Shown here: piece after piece, positions 24,195 through 32,934 of the stretch
How positions within the stretch are numbered: position 1 is the stretch's first letter
Layout: every line of letters begins with the position of its first letter
Source: a virus
IMG/VR virus record: IMGVR_UViG_3300045988_165575
Coordinates: 1-37,825 of that record
Length of the DNA stretch: 37,825 bases
Direction: 5' to 3' (one strand)
Made by a program: the position numbers and the translations under genes
Notes under the pieces: generated by a model
What the model was told of the DNA's origin: nothing
Seen by the model: only the letters and a program-made list of their open reading frames with translations
Database searches by the model: none

Positions 24195-24216
24195 TAAAAA
24201 GCTGACATCCGTCAGC
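24195..24216 (-). terminator. Terminator overlapping the Rep stop codon
   Basis: On the minus strand, GCTGAC-ggat-GTCAGC is followed by TTTTT. Confidence 0.55.
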
Positions 24217-24967
24217 AGTTTTTCCTTTTTCTCGGTCGATTCGGCGGCTCGTCTTCGGGCTCCTTTATGTATTTAAAACACATATATCCGAATCTGTTTT
24301 GAATGCACTCGACAAGGCGATAGCCTTTCGGGGCGATCGGCGGGTTGTCCGGGCTGTAGCTCCGGAGCGCGACCTTTGCGTCCTCGCTGTCAGGCTGCCG
24401 CATGTTGCGGGTTGATAAATATCTATGTTTAGTGCCCTGCTCGGGCGCCCAATGGTCGAATAAGTAATTGGCAAGACCTGTGTAATCGCAACCGTGGTCT
24501 ATACCGTTATAATAGTTGTGTCGGCGCAGGTGCTCGATCTGCACGATATCGCCATAGATCCACTGCGCTTTAATGATCTCTTCCGGCACGCCGTCTGAGA
24601 CCATGTGAAAATGTATTCTTTTTGTGTTTCTGCCGCGTCCCATATAAAGGTTGATTTTCGCTTCCGGGCACGCGTATTGTAGTCTGCGTTTATATAATGT
24701 ACGCAACCGGCGCGCCTCGCCCCAGTCGTGTATTTCGTGGCCATTGTCAAAGGTAAGAGTGGAATAAAGGGAAGTCGGCGAGAAATTCTCGTTGAAAACT
24801 CGCGCGTGCTTCCGCCTTGCTATCATCAGATTGTGGCGCTCGCGCTCCTCGTCCGTGCGGAGCACCGGCTTGTACTGCGCTTTTGCGACATTGGCGGTGC
24901 GGTCAGAAACCGTGTAGACTTCCTGCTCGCAAACCGCGCCGGAAAATATTCGTTTCTTGACTCGCAC
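24212..24967 (-). CDS. HUH-type rolling-circle replication initiator-like protein
   Basis: Motif I is YSTLTFD, motif II is RIHFHMV (HUH), and the candidate Tyr motif is DYTGLANYL. Confidence 0.55.
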   Translation of the reverse strand: MRVKKRIFSGAVCEQEVYTVSDRTANVAKAQYKPVLRTDEERERHNLMIARRKHARVFNENFSPTSLYSTLTFDNGHEIHDWGEARRLRTLYKRRLQYACPEAKINLYMGRGRNTKRIHFHMVSDGVPEEIIKAQWIYGDIVQIEHLRRHNYYNGIDHGCDYTGLANYLFDHWAPEQGTKHRYLSTRNMRQPDSEDAKVALRSYSPDNPPIAPKGYRLVECIQNRFGYMCFKYIKEPEDEPPNRPRKRKNC

Positions 24968-24981
24968 CGCTTTTCACTTCC

Positions 24982-25527
24982 TCATTTCAAATTTTCGTAT
25001 TTTATCGAACTCATCGACGAAAGCTCGTCGAGATATCCGACGGTATTTTCAGTCAGCACCCGCGTTGTGCTGATTGGGATAATCGCCATCACAAAGAATC
25101 CGGCTTTTGCCGCGAAGAACGCGCCGGACCCCGTCTGACGGTAATACAATTCAAATTCGTCCACATCAAGCGGCTCAAGATATTTCGATTCGACAAACTC
25201 TATCCCGGCCGAAGTTTTATATGGTATATAGTCGTAAGAGCCTATCCGCAGAGATATCGGCAGAGGATCGCAGCGCTCTTCTCCGTCAAATTCGTCTTTG
25301 ACCATCTTCAAAAACGCTTCCGGCGGCTCGGCGGTGTACCGCTGCACGATTTTGTCCGCCTGTGTCGGTGTGATATCGAAAGATGTCATAAGCGAATCGA
25401 TTGAAAACACCGGGCAGTCGTTAAGGTAATAGGCGGCGAGACCGTCGCCGAGCATCTGCGTTGTCATATCGTACAGCGAGATGTGCTTATTCGCCTTACA
25501 CAGGCTTATGATTTTTTTGATTTTCAT
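24982..25527 (-). CDS. Hypothetical protein
   Basis: The start was moved to ATG 25527, which overlaps the upstream stop as ATGA. 181 aa. Confidence 0.55.
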   Translation of the reverse strand: MKIKKIISLCKANKHISLYDMTTQMLGDGLAAYYLNDCPVFSIDSLMTSFDITPTQADKIVQRYTAEPPEAFLKMVKDEFDGEERCDPLPISLRIGSYDYIPYKTSAGIEFVESKYLEPLDVDEFELYYRQTGSGAFFAAKAGFFVMAIIPISTTRVLTENTVGYLDELSSMSSIKYENLK

Positions 25528-25877
25528 AAAAGGTTCCTTTCCGCTTTGCAAAACTTGTTCCAAGCTTCGATTTCTTGTTCTTTGGTTGAGTGCATTTCGG
25601 CGAAAGAACTGCACACGCAAGCTCCCACTGCTCTTGATATTGATAAAATAAAATATTCGCCGCAAGCATATCCGATTTCGGGCACTTCGCCGCATTGTGG
25701 ACAAGGTTTTAAATCAAGCATCGCAACCTCCTTTGCCAGTCCGCATTTCAGCGGGCTGTTGTAACAAGGGTTCTTACAAGTGCCAATTTTCTGACACTGG
25801 AAACAGCAGTAATTCCCGCGACGGTGATCGCAGTTAAAATGTGTGCACATCAGGATTCCGGCTTTCTTTTTATTCAT
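25524..25877 (-). CDS. Cys-rich protein with a Lar-like (restriction alleviation) C-terminal half
   Basis: The LKPCPQCGEVPEIGY zinc-ribbon start is typical of the Lar family. The start is ATG 25877, overlapping the upstream stop. Confidence 0.45.
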   Translation of the reverse strand: MNKKKAGILMCTHFNCDHRRGNYCCFQCQKIGTCKNPCYNSPLKCGLAKEVAMLDLKPCPQCGEVPEIGYACGEYFILSISRAVGACVCSSFAEMHSTKEQEIEAWNKFCKAERNLL

Positions 25878-26469
25878 CGTCCGCTGCCTCCATTTCTTCA
25901 TTCCAGCAAGCTTTACACGGTGCCGGACCCGCTCCGGAAACGACGGAGTACTGGCAGCTCCCACCGTAGCAGTTGGCACGGCATATCCACGGCACACCTT
26001 CTTTATCCGGCTTTGCTTTCGGGAACTTCTCGAAAAAGTCCCACGCATAGGTTTTTCGCGGGTGGCAGTTTGTCCATTCGAAAACAGATTCAATATATTC
26101 GTTTATATCATCATCCGAAAGATAATTAGTTATATAACAGGTATCGTTTGATCTGTTTTTGCAAAAGTCGCAATCATCTACACATCTGCACATCCTTTGT
26201 GCATCCTTTAAAAATTTCATTATGCACTTAACCGCCTCAGTCTGCGCGCCGGGGTAATCGTAGCCAAAAATAAAATCGGTCGATACATTAAAAAACCTTG
26301 CAATTGTCGTTATCTGCGCTAAATTCGGGGCCCTCTTTCCAGCCACAATATACGAAATCGTATTATCCGTTACGCCGAGTTCTTTCGCGAGATCTTTCTG
26401 TTTCTTGTTTTGCTCTGCCAACAATGTGCCTATAGTCTGGCCTATTCTCTCTTTTATTTTTATATCCAT
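25870..26469 (-). CDS. XRE-family HTH regulator with a Cys-rich C-terminal domain
   Basis: The HTH region is QKDLAKELGVTDNTISYIVAGKR. The start is ATG 26469, with GGAGG 7 nt upstream. Confidence 0.7.
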   Translation of the reverse strand: MDIKIKERIGQTIGTLLAEQNKKQKDLAKELGVTDNTISYIVAGKRAPNLAQITTIARFFNVSTDFIFGYDYPGAQTEAVKCIMKFLKDAQRMCRCVDDCDFCKNRSNDTCYITNYLSDDDINEYIESVFEWTNCHPRKTYAWDFFEKFPKAKPDKEGVPWICRANCYGGSCQYSVVSGAGPAPCKACWNEEMEAADDE

Positions 26470-26471
26470 AC

Positions 26472-27464
26472 TCAACCCTCCTGCAGCAGCGCTCCGAGCT
26501 TCTGCATCGCTGCGCGAAGCTTGGCGGCGGTGGTCTCGTCGTCCATCGACGTGATAATGTCGCGCATGACATTGATATATTTCTGTATGCTGTCAAAATA
26601 GACGCTGAATTTTGCGACCTCCGGCGAGGCGGTGAGCTTCGCGTCCTTTTCAACCTTTTCCAGCCGTCCGGTCAGCTCGCTCTTTTCTTTTTCGGCGGCG
26701 TCGAGCACCGCCTTGTATTTCTTCTCAAGCTCCTCGGTCTTCCTGCCGAGCTCGTCGGCGGCAGATTTCTCGGCAGCATCGCGCACCCGCTTCTCGGCTT
26801 CGGCTATGGCTTTTTCTCTGTCCTTTTTTGCCTTTGCACGCTCTTTTTCAATCGCGTCGACGGTGTACTGCTTTATCTCTTCGGCGGTCGGCTCGCGCAT
26901 GACTGTCGCGGCAGGCTTTTCGGACGCCGCTTTCAGCTCCTCGCGCAGGCGGCGGACGGTGTCGGAAAGGTCTTCGTGCTCCTGACTGCTTTTCACGAGC
27001 TCGTCGCGCTCGGCGGTGATAAGCGTCAACTGCTCCTGCGCCTCGTGCAGCTTGCTGATAGTCTCTTTCAGTTCGCGGGTGGACATCTCCGCGACGTCGT
27101 TATTCTCCTCGACTTCCTTGCGTTCGTACCACGGCAGGGCGGCAAGCATTCCGAGCTTCGAGATTCCGAGACTTGCATTCGACTGCAAATATTTCTCGCC
27201 GAGCGACTCGAGTGCCTGTATATATGTATAGGCTTGCCGCTGCTTGATCCCGACATCCTGCTCGACATATTCTTCAAACGTCTCGTGCCCGAGTAAAAGA
27301 TATTTGCGCTCGTCGCGCATTCTTTTAAGATTCTGACAAAAGTCCACCATAGCGGACGCGGCAAGGTTGCCTTTTGCGATTATCTCATAGTGAAGATTTA
27401 ACGCCTCGTTCTGTTCCTCGCTCAGGTTCCCGCTGAGTTCCATGCTCCTGATTACTTCGTTCAT
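26472..27464 (-). CDS. DUF3102-like DNA-binding / coiled-coil protein
   Basis: The N-terminus ...MRDERKYLLLGHETFEEYVEQDVGIKQRQAY... is followed by a long coiled coil. The start is ATG 27464, with an AGGAG RBS. Confidence 0.45.
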   Translation of the reverse strand: MNEVIRSMELSGNLSEEQNEALNLHYEIIAKGNLAASAMVDFCQNLKRMRDERKYLLLGHETFEEYVEQDVGIKQRQAYTYIQALESLGEKYLQSNASLGISKLGMLAALPWYERKEVEENNDVAEMSTRELKETISKLHEAQEQLTLITAERDELVKSSQEHEDLSDTVRRLREELKAASEKPAATVMREPTAEEIKQYTVDAIEKERAKAKKDREKAIAEAEKRVRDAAEKSAADELGRKTEELEKKYKAVLDAAEKEKSELTGRLEKVEKDAKLTASPEVAKFSVYFDSIQKYINVMRDIITSMDDETTAAKLRAAMQKLGALLQEG

Positions 27465-27478
27465 ATGTTTCTCCTCTC

Positions 27479-29062
27479 TCACGCTGCCGCGTGACTCTTC
27501 TTCTTTTTATTTCTGATGTACCCGCTCCATGCCTCGACAAAAGCCTCGACCTCCGGGGTCTTGCCGCAATTATTCAAACCTCGACACTGGATGATGCTCT
27601 CGGTTTTCGGGTTATATTCCAGAGTGTAAAAAGGCTTGTCCGGTTTGCTTTTCTTTCTGATAAAAAAGATAACCGTCTGCCCGCTCAGGTGTTTTTTGGC
27701 ATACGTCGCGACGCAGTGGTGCAGAGCGCTTCCCTCGTCGATAAGCTCGGCGTGACTTCGCGCCGGGCGAATCAACATGCCGCCGCTTTCAAAGGCAAAA
27801 TCCCGCTCAAGCTTTTTGAGATGTTTCTCAAATTTTTTCTGCGCTTCGCGCGTCTCTTCGAGCTCCTTTTGACGTCTTGCTTCCGCAAGGGCTTCGTTTG
27901 TGCGCTGGTGCGCCTGCGCGAGATTCGGTGGCAGGAGGATATCCTCGCGCTTGAGGTCAAGCTTGAGCTTTTCGCAATCTCGCCAGTAATCACAAAGCGT
28001 GTATATCGTTTCCTCCTGCTTGTCGAGATATTTAACCGCTTTTTTAAAAGGCAGACGCTTTTCAATCTGCGAGACGCAATAATCGTCAGAGGCGCTGTAC
28101 GCTATCGCCTGATCTGTTGTGATGCCGTACTTTTTGGCAAGCTGCGCATAAAGCACGGCATCGCGCGTTTTTTCGGGTAGTTCTCGCAACTCCTTTTTCG
28201 TCAGCCCGAGAGCCGCCGAAACGGTCTTCGCGCGGCGGTTGACAACTCCATTCGTCCACGAGTTATTGACCGCAAGCCTGATAAAGCCTTCCTTCACCAG
28301 TTTTTCCGTCAGTACCGGATATTTGACATATGTATCAAGCCAGCCGCAAGGATTTCCGCCGAAGTTTTCCATATATGCCGACATCTGCGCGTACTGCAAA
28401 TTGGTGTTTTTAAAAGTCTCGTCATTAAAGCCATAATAATGGTTTTCGGCATAATTTTTTTCGTCCGTATACCACGGCTGTCTTGAGCTTGGCTCCGGTA
28501 TGGTCGCCATGCGCTCCCAGTCCAGCTCCCAGCCGTGAAACCCATACGACCACCTTTTCGCCCACACAGCGTCAACGCCGGTGTTGTAATAGACCCGATA
28601 TTCCTCAAAAAAATTGGTCTTGACTGTTGTATAGTCCAGGCGGTAATCGCGCTCCACGAATCCCGCCCGGACGAGGATTCCGCCGTCCCGCAGCTTCGTG
28701 GCAAAAAGGATATATTTTTGGTCACACATATATTTTCTGCCTCTGCCGCTGTCGCGGAACTCGACCGTGCTTTTGCACGCCGGGCAAAAGCCTATTTCCT
28801 TGTGTTTGCAGTTGACATTTTGCACATCGGCGGCGCTGTATGTTCTGCCGAGCTCAAGCATCACATCTTTGTGGCAGTGCGTACAGTGTCCGTATCTGAC
28901 GCCGTTTTCGCGGTGCGTGAAGAGATAGCGGCTCCCCAGCAGGACGCTGTCGTCAACCCACTGCGCGACCTTTTTCGGCAGACCGTCGATCGACTTGGCA
29001 AAAGCCATTTTTTGGGCGTGCCGATACTGTTCTTCGGTGATTTTCTTCGCTTTTTGTCCCAT
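27479..29062 (-). CDS. PcfJ-like protein
   Basis: The C-terminus ELIDEGSALHHCVATYAKKHLSGQTVIFFIRK...IIQCRGLNN matches my recollection of the PcfJ-like domain. An N-terminal Cys/His cluster is also present. Confidence 0.6.
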   Translation of the reverse strand: MGQKAKKITEEQYRHAQKMAFAKSIDGLPKKVAQWVDDSVLLGSRYLFTHRENGVRYGHCTHCHKDVMLELGRTYSAADVQNVNCKHKEIGFCPACKSTVEFRDSGRGRKYMCDQKYILFATKLRDGGILVRAGFVERDYRLDYTTVKTNFFEEYRVYYNTGVDAVWAKRWSYGFHGWELDWERMATIPEPSSRQPWYTDEKNYAENHYYGFNDETFKNTNLQYAQMSAYMENFGGNPCGWLDTYVKYPVLTEKLVKEGFIRLAVNNSWTNGVVNRRAKTVSAALGLTKKELRELPEKTRDAVLYAQLAKKYGITTDQAIAYSASDDYCVSQIEKRLPFKKAVKYLDKQEETIYTLCDYWRDCEKLKLDLKREDILLPPNLAQAHQRTNEALAEARRQKELEETREAQKKFEKHLKKLERDFAFESGGMLIRPARSHAELIDEGSALHHCVATYAKKHLSGQTVIFFIRKKSKPDKPFYTLEYNPKTESIIQCRGLNNCGKTPEVEAFVEAWSGYIRNKKKKSHAAA

Positions 29063-29071
29063 GTCGCCACC

Positions 29072-29392
29072 TCAGAGCAGATCCGCAAGGTCAAGGCTGA
29101 TAATGTTGTCGGTCTTCGGCTCTTCGGCGATTCCGTAATATTCGCGGATCCAAGAGTAGACCGTTTCATCTTCGACCATCGCGCAGCCGTTCTCGGCATG
29201 CTTTCTTGCTTTTCCCGTCACGGCTTTCACACAGTCCGCAAGGCTCTTTTTTTTGTCCGTGACCTTGCCCGCACTGATATCGTCGGTTATAAGCGCATCG
29301 ATGATATACTGCGCTATGCGCTTCTGATTCGTGCCACCCTTTTCGCCCTCGGCGTCGATTTTGGCTATTGCTTTTTTCATCAGTTCTGTCAT
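29072..29392 (-). CDS. PcfK-like protein
   Basis: 106 aa, located directly upstream of the PcfJ-like gene, with ...CAMVEDETVYSWIREYY... Confidence 0.4.
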   Translation of the reverse strand: MTELMKKAIAKIDAEGEKGGTNQKRIAQYIIDALITDDISAGKVTDKKKSLADCVKAVTGKARKHAENGCAMVEDETVYSWIREYYGIAEEPKTDNIISLDLADLL

Positions 29393-29448
29393 TTTTCTGT
29401 TTCTCCTTTAAATCGTGTTGATGTCGAGTTAGCTCGCCAAAAATTGCA

Positions 29449-29970
29449 TCATAATTTCAAATATTCCGATATTTCTTCCTTTGCCCGCTCCCACCCGGAG
29501 CACCACACGGCGCGGAAACCCTGTCGCTCAAGCGCTTCAAGCCACCACTGCTGGTCAACCGTCGGCTTGTTTCGGCCGGCTTTCATTTCGATGTACAAGC
29601 CGTGGTATTTCCCCCGGGCGACAGGCAGGCAGAGGTCGGGCACGCCCTTTTTCATCCCCTGCCGCCGGAGAGCTGCACCGTATGAGACACTACGCTTGCC
29701 TTCGTTCGGAACGTGATATAAAAGCCGCAGCTCCGGCTGTGCGGCGGATTGGTACTCCGCCCACACAAAAAGCGCTTCCTGCTCCTCGGCCTCGCGGTTT
29801 TCGCGCTTGGTCTCGGCGGTTTGGTCGCTGGCCGTGCTGCCGTCATCCGTCGAGTAGACAGTCAGGCTGTCGAGCTCACAGCCGCAGGCGCGGCAGAGCT
29901 TCAACCCGCTCGCGTTCGCATAATTATATTCTCGCCCGCACTGCGGGCACTTGTAGGATTTTATCTTCAT
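29449..29970 (-). CDS. VRR-NUC domain nuclease with an N-terminal zinc ribbon
   Basis: A CPQCG...CRACGC zinc ribbon is followed by LLYHVPNEGKR...GVPDLCLP...LYIEMK...QQWWLEAL. Confidence 0.7.
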   Translation of the reverse strand: MKIKSYKCPQCGREYNYANASGLKLCRACGCELDSLTVYSTDDGSTASDQTAETKRENREAEEQEALFVWAEYQSAAQPELRLLYHVPNEGKRSVSYGAALRRQGMKKGVPDLCLPVARGKYHGLYIEMKAGRNKPTVDQQWWLEALERQGFRAVWCSGWERAKEEISEYLKL

Positions 29971-30293
29971 TTTGTGCCTCCGTTGACATTTTTCGGCGGC
30001 AATGTTATAATATTGACGGTGTCTGATGTTGCCTCGGCAACATCCCCGGGGCGTCCTGTCGCATCAGGGCGTCCTTTTTCATATTTATCGAGCCTCGGCC
30101 ACAAAGCCCGCTCAATTCGCTCGAGGTATTTATTCAGTGCCTCGCGACCGTCGCGGAAGCTCCACTCGGTCTCTTTTCCGCCGTCGGTGTATTTCACGGC
30201 ATATTCGCCTTCTGCGCGGTTTGGCCGAAACAGCAGCGTCACAGGCTTCGCTCCGCTGATTTCCGCGCGTGTCACTATTTTGCCGTCAGTCAT
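29967..30293 (-). CDS. Hypothetical protein
   Basis: The start was moved to ATG 30293, which has an AAGGAGGG RBS. 108 aa. Confidence 0.5.
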   Translation of the reverse strand: MTDGKIVTRAEISGAKPVTLLFRPNRAEGEYAVKYTDGGKETEWSFRDGREALNKYLERIERALWPRLDKYEKGRPDATGRPGDVAEATSDTVNIITLPPKNVNGGTK

Positions 30294-30513
30294 ATCTTTG
30301 GACCCTCCTTTTTTTGTAGTACGCGCAAAAATCGTTAGTCGCGGGAATTTCGCGAAACCGCTCAGTTTCATAGGTGAAGACGCAGCACTTCCCGTCCCAG
30401 CCTTGACTTGCGCTGTCGATTTTGCGCAGCCAGTAACAAGTCTTGCAAATCTTCTTTCTGCGCCACTTCTGCCCGCTCCCTGGCATATCAGCTGTTTTTT
30501 CTGTCGAGCTCAT
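30286..30513 (-). CDS. Small Cys-rich hypothetical protein
   Basis: The start is ATG 30513, with a GGAG RBS. 75 aa with CKTC and CC motifs. Confidence 0.45.
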   Translation of the reverse strand: MSSTEKTADMPGSGQKWRRKKICKTCYWLRKIDSASQGWDGKCCVFTYETERFREIPATNDFCAYYKKRRVQRYD

Positions 30514-30655
30514 CGCGGCCGCTCCTCTTGCTCTTGATGCTTGATTTAACCTTGTCCTCAAATGCTATAAGCTTGTCCTCGCGGATGAACCCATAGATGA
30601 TAAGTACGGCGACGGCGATCTCAAACACCGTCTGGATTGCAAATTTCAGCGCCAT
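30488..30655 (-). CDS. Small membrane protein (55 aa)
   Basis: ATG 30655 has an AAGGAGG RBS. The TM segment is VFEIAVAVLIIYGFI. Confidence 0.5.
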   Translation of the reverse strand: MALKFAIQTVFEIAVAVLIIYGFIREDKLIAFEDKVKSSIKSKRSGRDELDRKNS

Positions 30656-30872
30656 TTTCTTTATCCTCCTTAAATCGCAGGCGGTCAATTCGGACCGTGG
30701 CCGTTGACCTGCCTTCCCTGCCCTCAAGCTCGGCGGTGACTGCGAGCTCTCCGTTGATTATGCGATATATGACCGCAGACACTCTGTCATATCTGACATC
30801 GCCGACGAGCGGCACGAAGTATATGACCGGTTTGCCGGTGACAAGCGCCTGCTTGACTTCTTCGTTAGTCAT
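30621..30872 (-). CDS. Hypothetical protein
   Basis: 83-aa ORF packed within the operon. Confidence 0.5.
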   Translation of the reverse strand: MTNEEVKQALVTGKPVIYFVPLVGDVRYDRVSAVIYRIINGELAVTAELEGREGRSTATVRIDRLRFKEDKENGAEICNPDGV

Positions 30873-31263
30873 GGCAATCTTCCGGTCGTTCGGGCAACGG
30901 CATCCAGTAGGTCACCTGTGGATCTTCCCACTCTGGATAGGCATCAAAATACCAGCCGTCTTCGTAGTAATATTCTGCAATTTCACATGCATCAACATAT
31001 TGTACATTCTTCTTTGGCCTGCCACTAACAATCACAAGGACTTTATCACCGTTATCAACACGCACATCATCCTTTGGCAGCCAGTCATTGACGCTTATCC
31101 ACGGCGATGCAGTCAGCTTTTCGAGCTGTTCCCTCGCGGCGCGGATAAGCGCGCAGCCGTGGATGTCGCAATTGTGTTCATATCCGCAGCCAAAGCAGGC
31201 GAGAGATCCGGTCTGCACTGACAACCTGCGGAGTGCATTAGTAAGGTTTTTATTATTAATCAT
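30865..31263 (-). CDS. DUF551-like protein
   Basis: WISVNDWLP...VLVIV...VTYWMPLPERP is present. The start is ATG 31263, with a GAGAGGAG RBS. Confidence 0.6.
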   Translation of the reverse strand: MINNKNLTNALRRLSVQTGSLACFGCGYEHNCDIHGCALIRAAREQLEKLTASPWISVNDWLPKDDVRVDNGDKVLVIVSGRPKKNVQYVDACEIAEYYYEDGWYFDAYPEWEDPQVTYWMPLPERPEDCHD

Positions 31264-31277
31264 TTTTGATTCTCCTC

Positions 31278-31436
31278 TCAAAATATGTCACGAATATAAA
31301 TGCATACCCACAGCGCAACATTAAGCCAGCCCAAAAAAGCGTGCACTTTTTTGTATCTTTCATCGCCCGGGCACAGACTCGTTACGCTACAAAATATCGA
31401 CATCACCAGCACGGCGATGCAGGTGTTTTTGCTCAC
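31278..31436 (-). CDS. 52-aa small membrane protein with two hydrophobic segments
   Basis: The GTG start overlaps the upstream TGA as GTGA, with GGAGG 7 nt upstream. It is below the ORF-track cutoff. Confidence 0.4.
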   Translation of the reverse strand: MSKNTCIAVLVMSIFCSVTSLCPGDERYKKVHAFLGWLNVALWVCIYIRDIF

Positions 31437-31972
31437 TTCGCCGCCTCCTCAAAAAATCGGTGTCCGCCGATTGTGCAGACATAGATCTGCGATTCGTGCC
31501 ATAAACTCTGGCAGAGCGCCGGAGCATAAAAATAAAGTATTTCGCGATCTGTCGCAGTCTCACCGTCGTCAAAAACCTTGGCGACGGCTTTTTTGACCTC
31601 GTCGCTCGGCTCGGGTCGGGCGGCGGTGTAGCCAAAGCTGCGGACGATTTCGAGCGGCCGCTTGTCCTCCTGCTCGCAGGCGTTAAGTATGCATTGGGCG
31701 ACCGCCATCTGACCTATATACGGCTCGGCTCCCGCCTCAGCCATGACTACCCGCTCGATTTCGTCGCGCTCGGCGGCGGTCAGGGCGTATCTAATGTTTG
31801 CAGTTGACTGCAAAACCGTTTCCGGCTCTGCTTCTGTCGCTGTTTCCGACTCGGTCGGCTCGACATAGTAAACATCCGGCATCGCGCTCGTTATCTCCGG
31901 CAGAGCCGCAAGAAGCATAATCGCCACCAGCGCGACGACCGCGCCGATGATAAGCAAGTCTTTAGTCATCAT
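31433..31972 (-). CDS. SleB-like cell wall hydrolase with an N-terminal signal anchor
   Basis: The TM segment is LLIIGAVVALVAIMLLAAL, followed by ERVVMAEAGAEPYIGQMAVAQCILNA. The start is ATG 31972, with an AAGGGGG RBS. Confidence 0.6.
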   Translation of the reverse strand: MMTKDLLIIGAVVALVAIMLLAALPEITSAMPDVYYVEPTESETATEAEPETVLQSTANIRYALTAAERDEIERVVMAEAGAEPYIGQMAVAQCILNACEQEDKRPLEIVRSFGYTAARPEPSDEVKKAVAKVFDDGETATDREILYFYAPALCQSLWHESQIYVCTIGGHRFFEEAAK

Positions 31973-32297
31973 TGCCAGCCCCCTTGTGCATCGGATTAAC
32001 AATAGTCAGCCTTGTGGTGTGCCGGTTTGCTAAAGTAACAAGGTTGTCCGCTGCGCCAAGCACGTCTTTAACGGTAAGCCCAGCTTTATCGGCGGAATCC
32101 TCAACAGCTGATATTGCCAGTTTGCAGGCTGCTACAATTACACACATGTCCGATGTTCCGATTCCGCCGAAAGCATTTAAAATCTCTTGCGCGAGCATTA
32201 CGCTAAGCAATTCGGACATCGTTGCCGCTTTGTCGATATCGCCACTTTTTAAATAGTGGACTTTGGCATCGTGAGCTTCTTTTAAGCTTTTAATCAT
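31962..32297 (-). CDS. Hypothetical protein
   Basis: The start was moved to ATG 32297, with an AAAGGAAG RBS. 111 aa. Confidence 0.5.
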   Translation of the reverse strand: MIKSLKEAHDAKVHYLKSGDIDKAATMSELLSVMLAQEILNAFGGIGTSDMCVIVAACKLAISAVEDSADKAGLTVKDVLGAADNLVTLANRHTTRLTIVNPMHKGAGNDD

Positions 32298-32320
32298 TTT
32301 CTTTTCTTCCTTTCTTTTCT

Positions 32321-32476
32321 TTATGCCGTCTTTCTTTTTTTGAGCCACAGCTCGTATTCTTCTCTGACGCCCGGAATTTCAAAATACCGTTCTACCGCGC
32401 GAAGCGTTGACCGGGCTAAATGCGTCATCTCGCTGTCAGGCACCGCCGACAGGTCGAGTTCTGCCGTTTGGGACAT
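32321..32476 (-). CDS. 51-aa hypothetical protein (MSQTAELDLS...WLKKRKTA)
   Basis: ATG 32476 has GGAG 8 nt upstream. It is below the ORF-track cutoff. Confidence 0.45.
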   Translation of the reverse strand: MSQTAELDLSAVPDSEMTHLARSTLRAVERYFEIPGVREEYELWLKKRKTA

Positions 32477-32494
32477 CGCAGGAACTCCTTTCTC

Positions 32495-32524
32495 GTTGTT
32501 TTATTTCTTTTTGTGTGATATACT
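32495..32524 (+). promoter_or_regulatory. Promoter-like repeat copy A (TTGTTT-N17-TATACT with TGa)
   Basis: 28 of 30 positions match 32935-32964. It lies upstream of the small plus-strand TM ORF. Confidence 0.5.
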
Positions 32525-32548
32525 TTCTCTTGAAAGGGGGTGATTGAC

Positions 32549-32728
32549 TTGTCATATAAGCGGTATTATCTTCCCGGTGTCGATGAGATTCATCAGCTGG
32601 TCGAGACACCTGCCTCAAAAGAGAAAACAGATCGGATTCGCTTCGTCGTTACTGTAGTCGTTTCCGTTGTAGCAACAATAGCCTCTATTGTTGCTGCTGT
32701 TTTCGGGGCTCTTGCTTACTTTGGTTAA
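32549..32728 (+). CDS. 59-aa tail-anchored membrane protein
   Basis: The TTG start lies 8 nt after AAAGGGGG. The C-terminal TM is FVVTVVVSVVATIASIVAAVFGALAYF. Confidence 0.4.
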   Translation: MSYKRYYLPGVDEIHQLVETPASKEKTDRIRFVVTVVVSVVATIASIVAAVFGALAYFG

Positions 32729-32934
32729 GACAGTTACAATGCCACAACCCACGCCGGTCTCTGCCGCAGTTGCTATTTCCGCGGCAGTACGCCGGCTGTG
32801 TAAGCGTAACGGTTTCGATTCGATGAGTTTTTGCGTATATGATTGCCGTCATATGCGCAAAAGCTTTTTTTACTCGTTTATCAAACTTTGTCATAGTCCC
32901 ACCTCTCTTTCATTTACAAAGCTCCTTTCATGCG

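Noticed and set aside
28535-29716. 393-aa plus-strand ORF, and the 262-aa ORF at 29749-30537
   Set aside because: They run antisense across several well-supported minus-strand genes (PcfJ-like, PcfK-like, VRR-NUC). They are Arg/Ala/Ser-rich with low complexity and have no RBS.
32685-32894. 69-aa minus-strand ORF as a confident protein-coding gene
   Set aside because: It has a reasonable RBS. However, its C-terminal half is the antisense image of the hydrophobic-helix codons of the 59-aa ORF (ending QQQQ). It is kept only as part of the convergent-pair finding, not as a feature.
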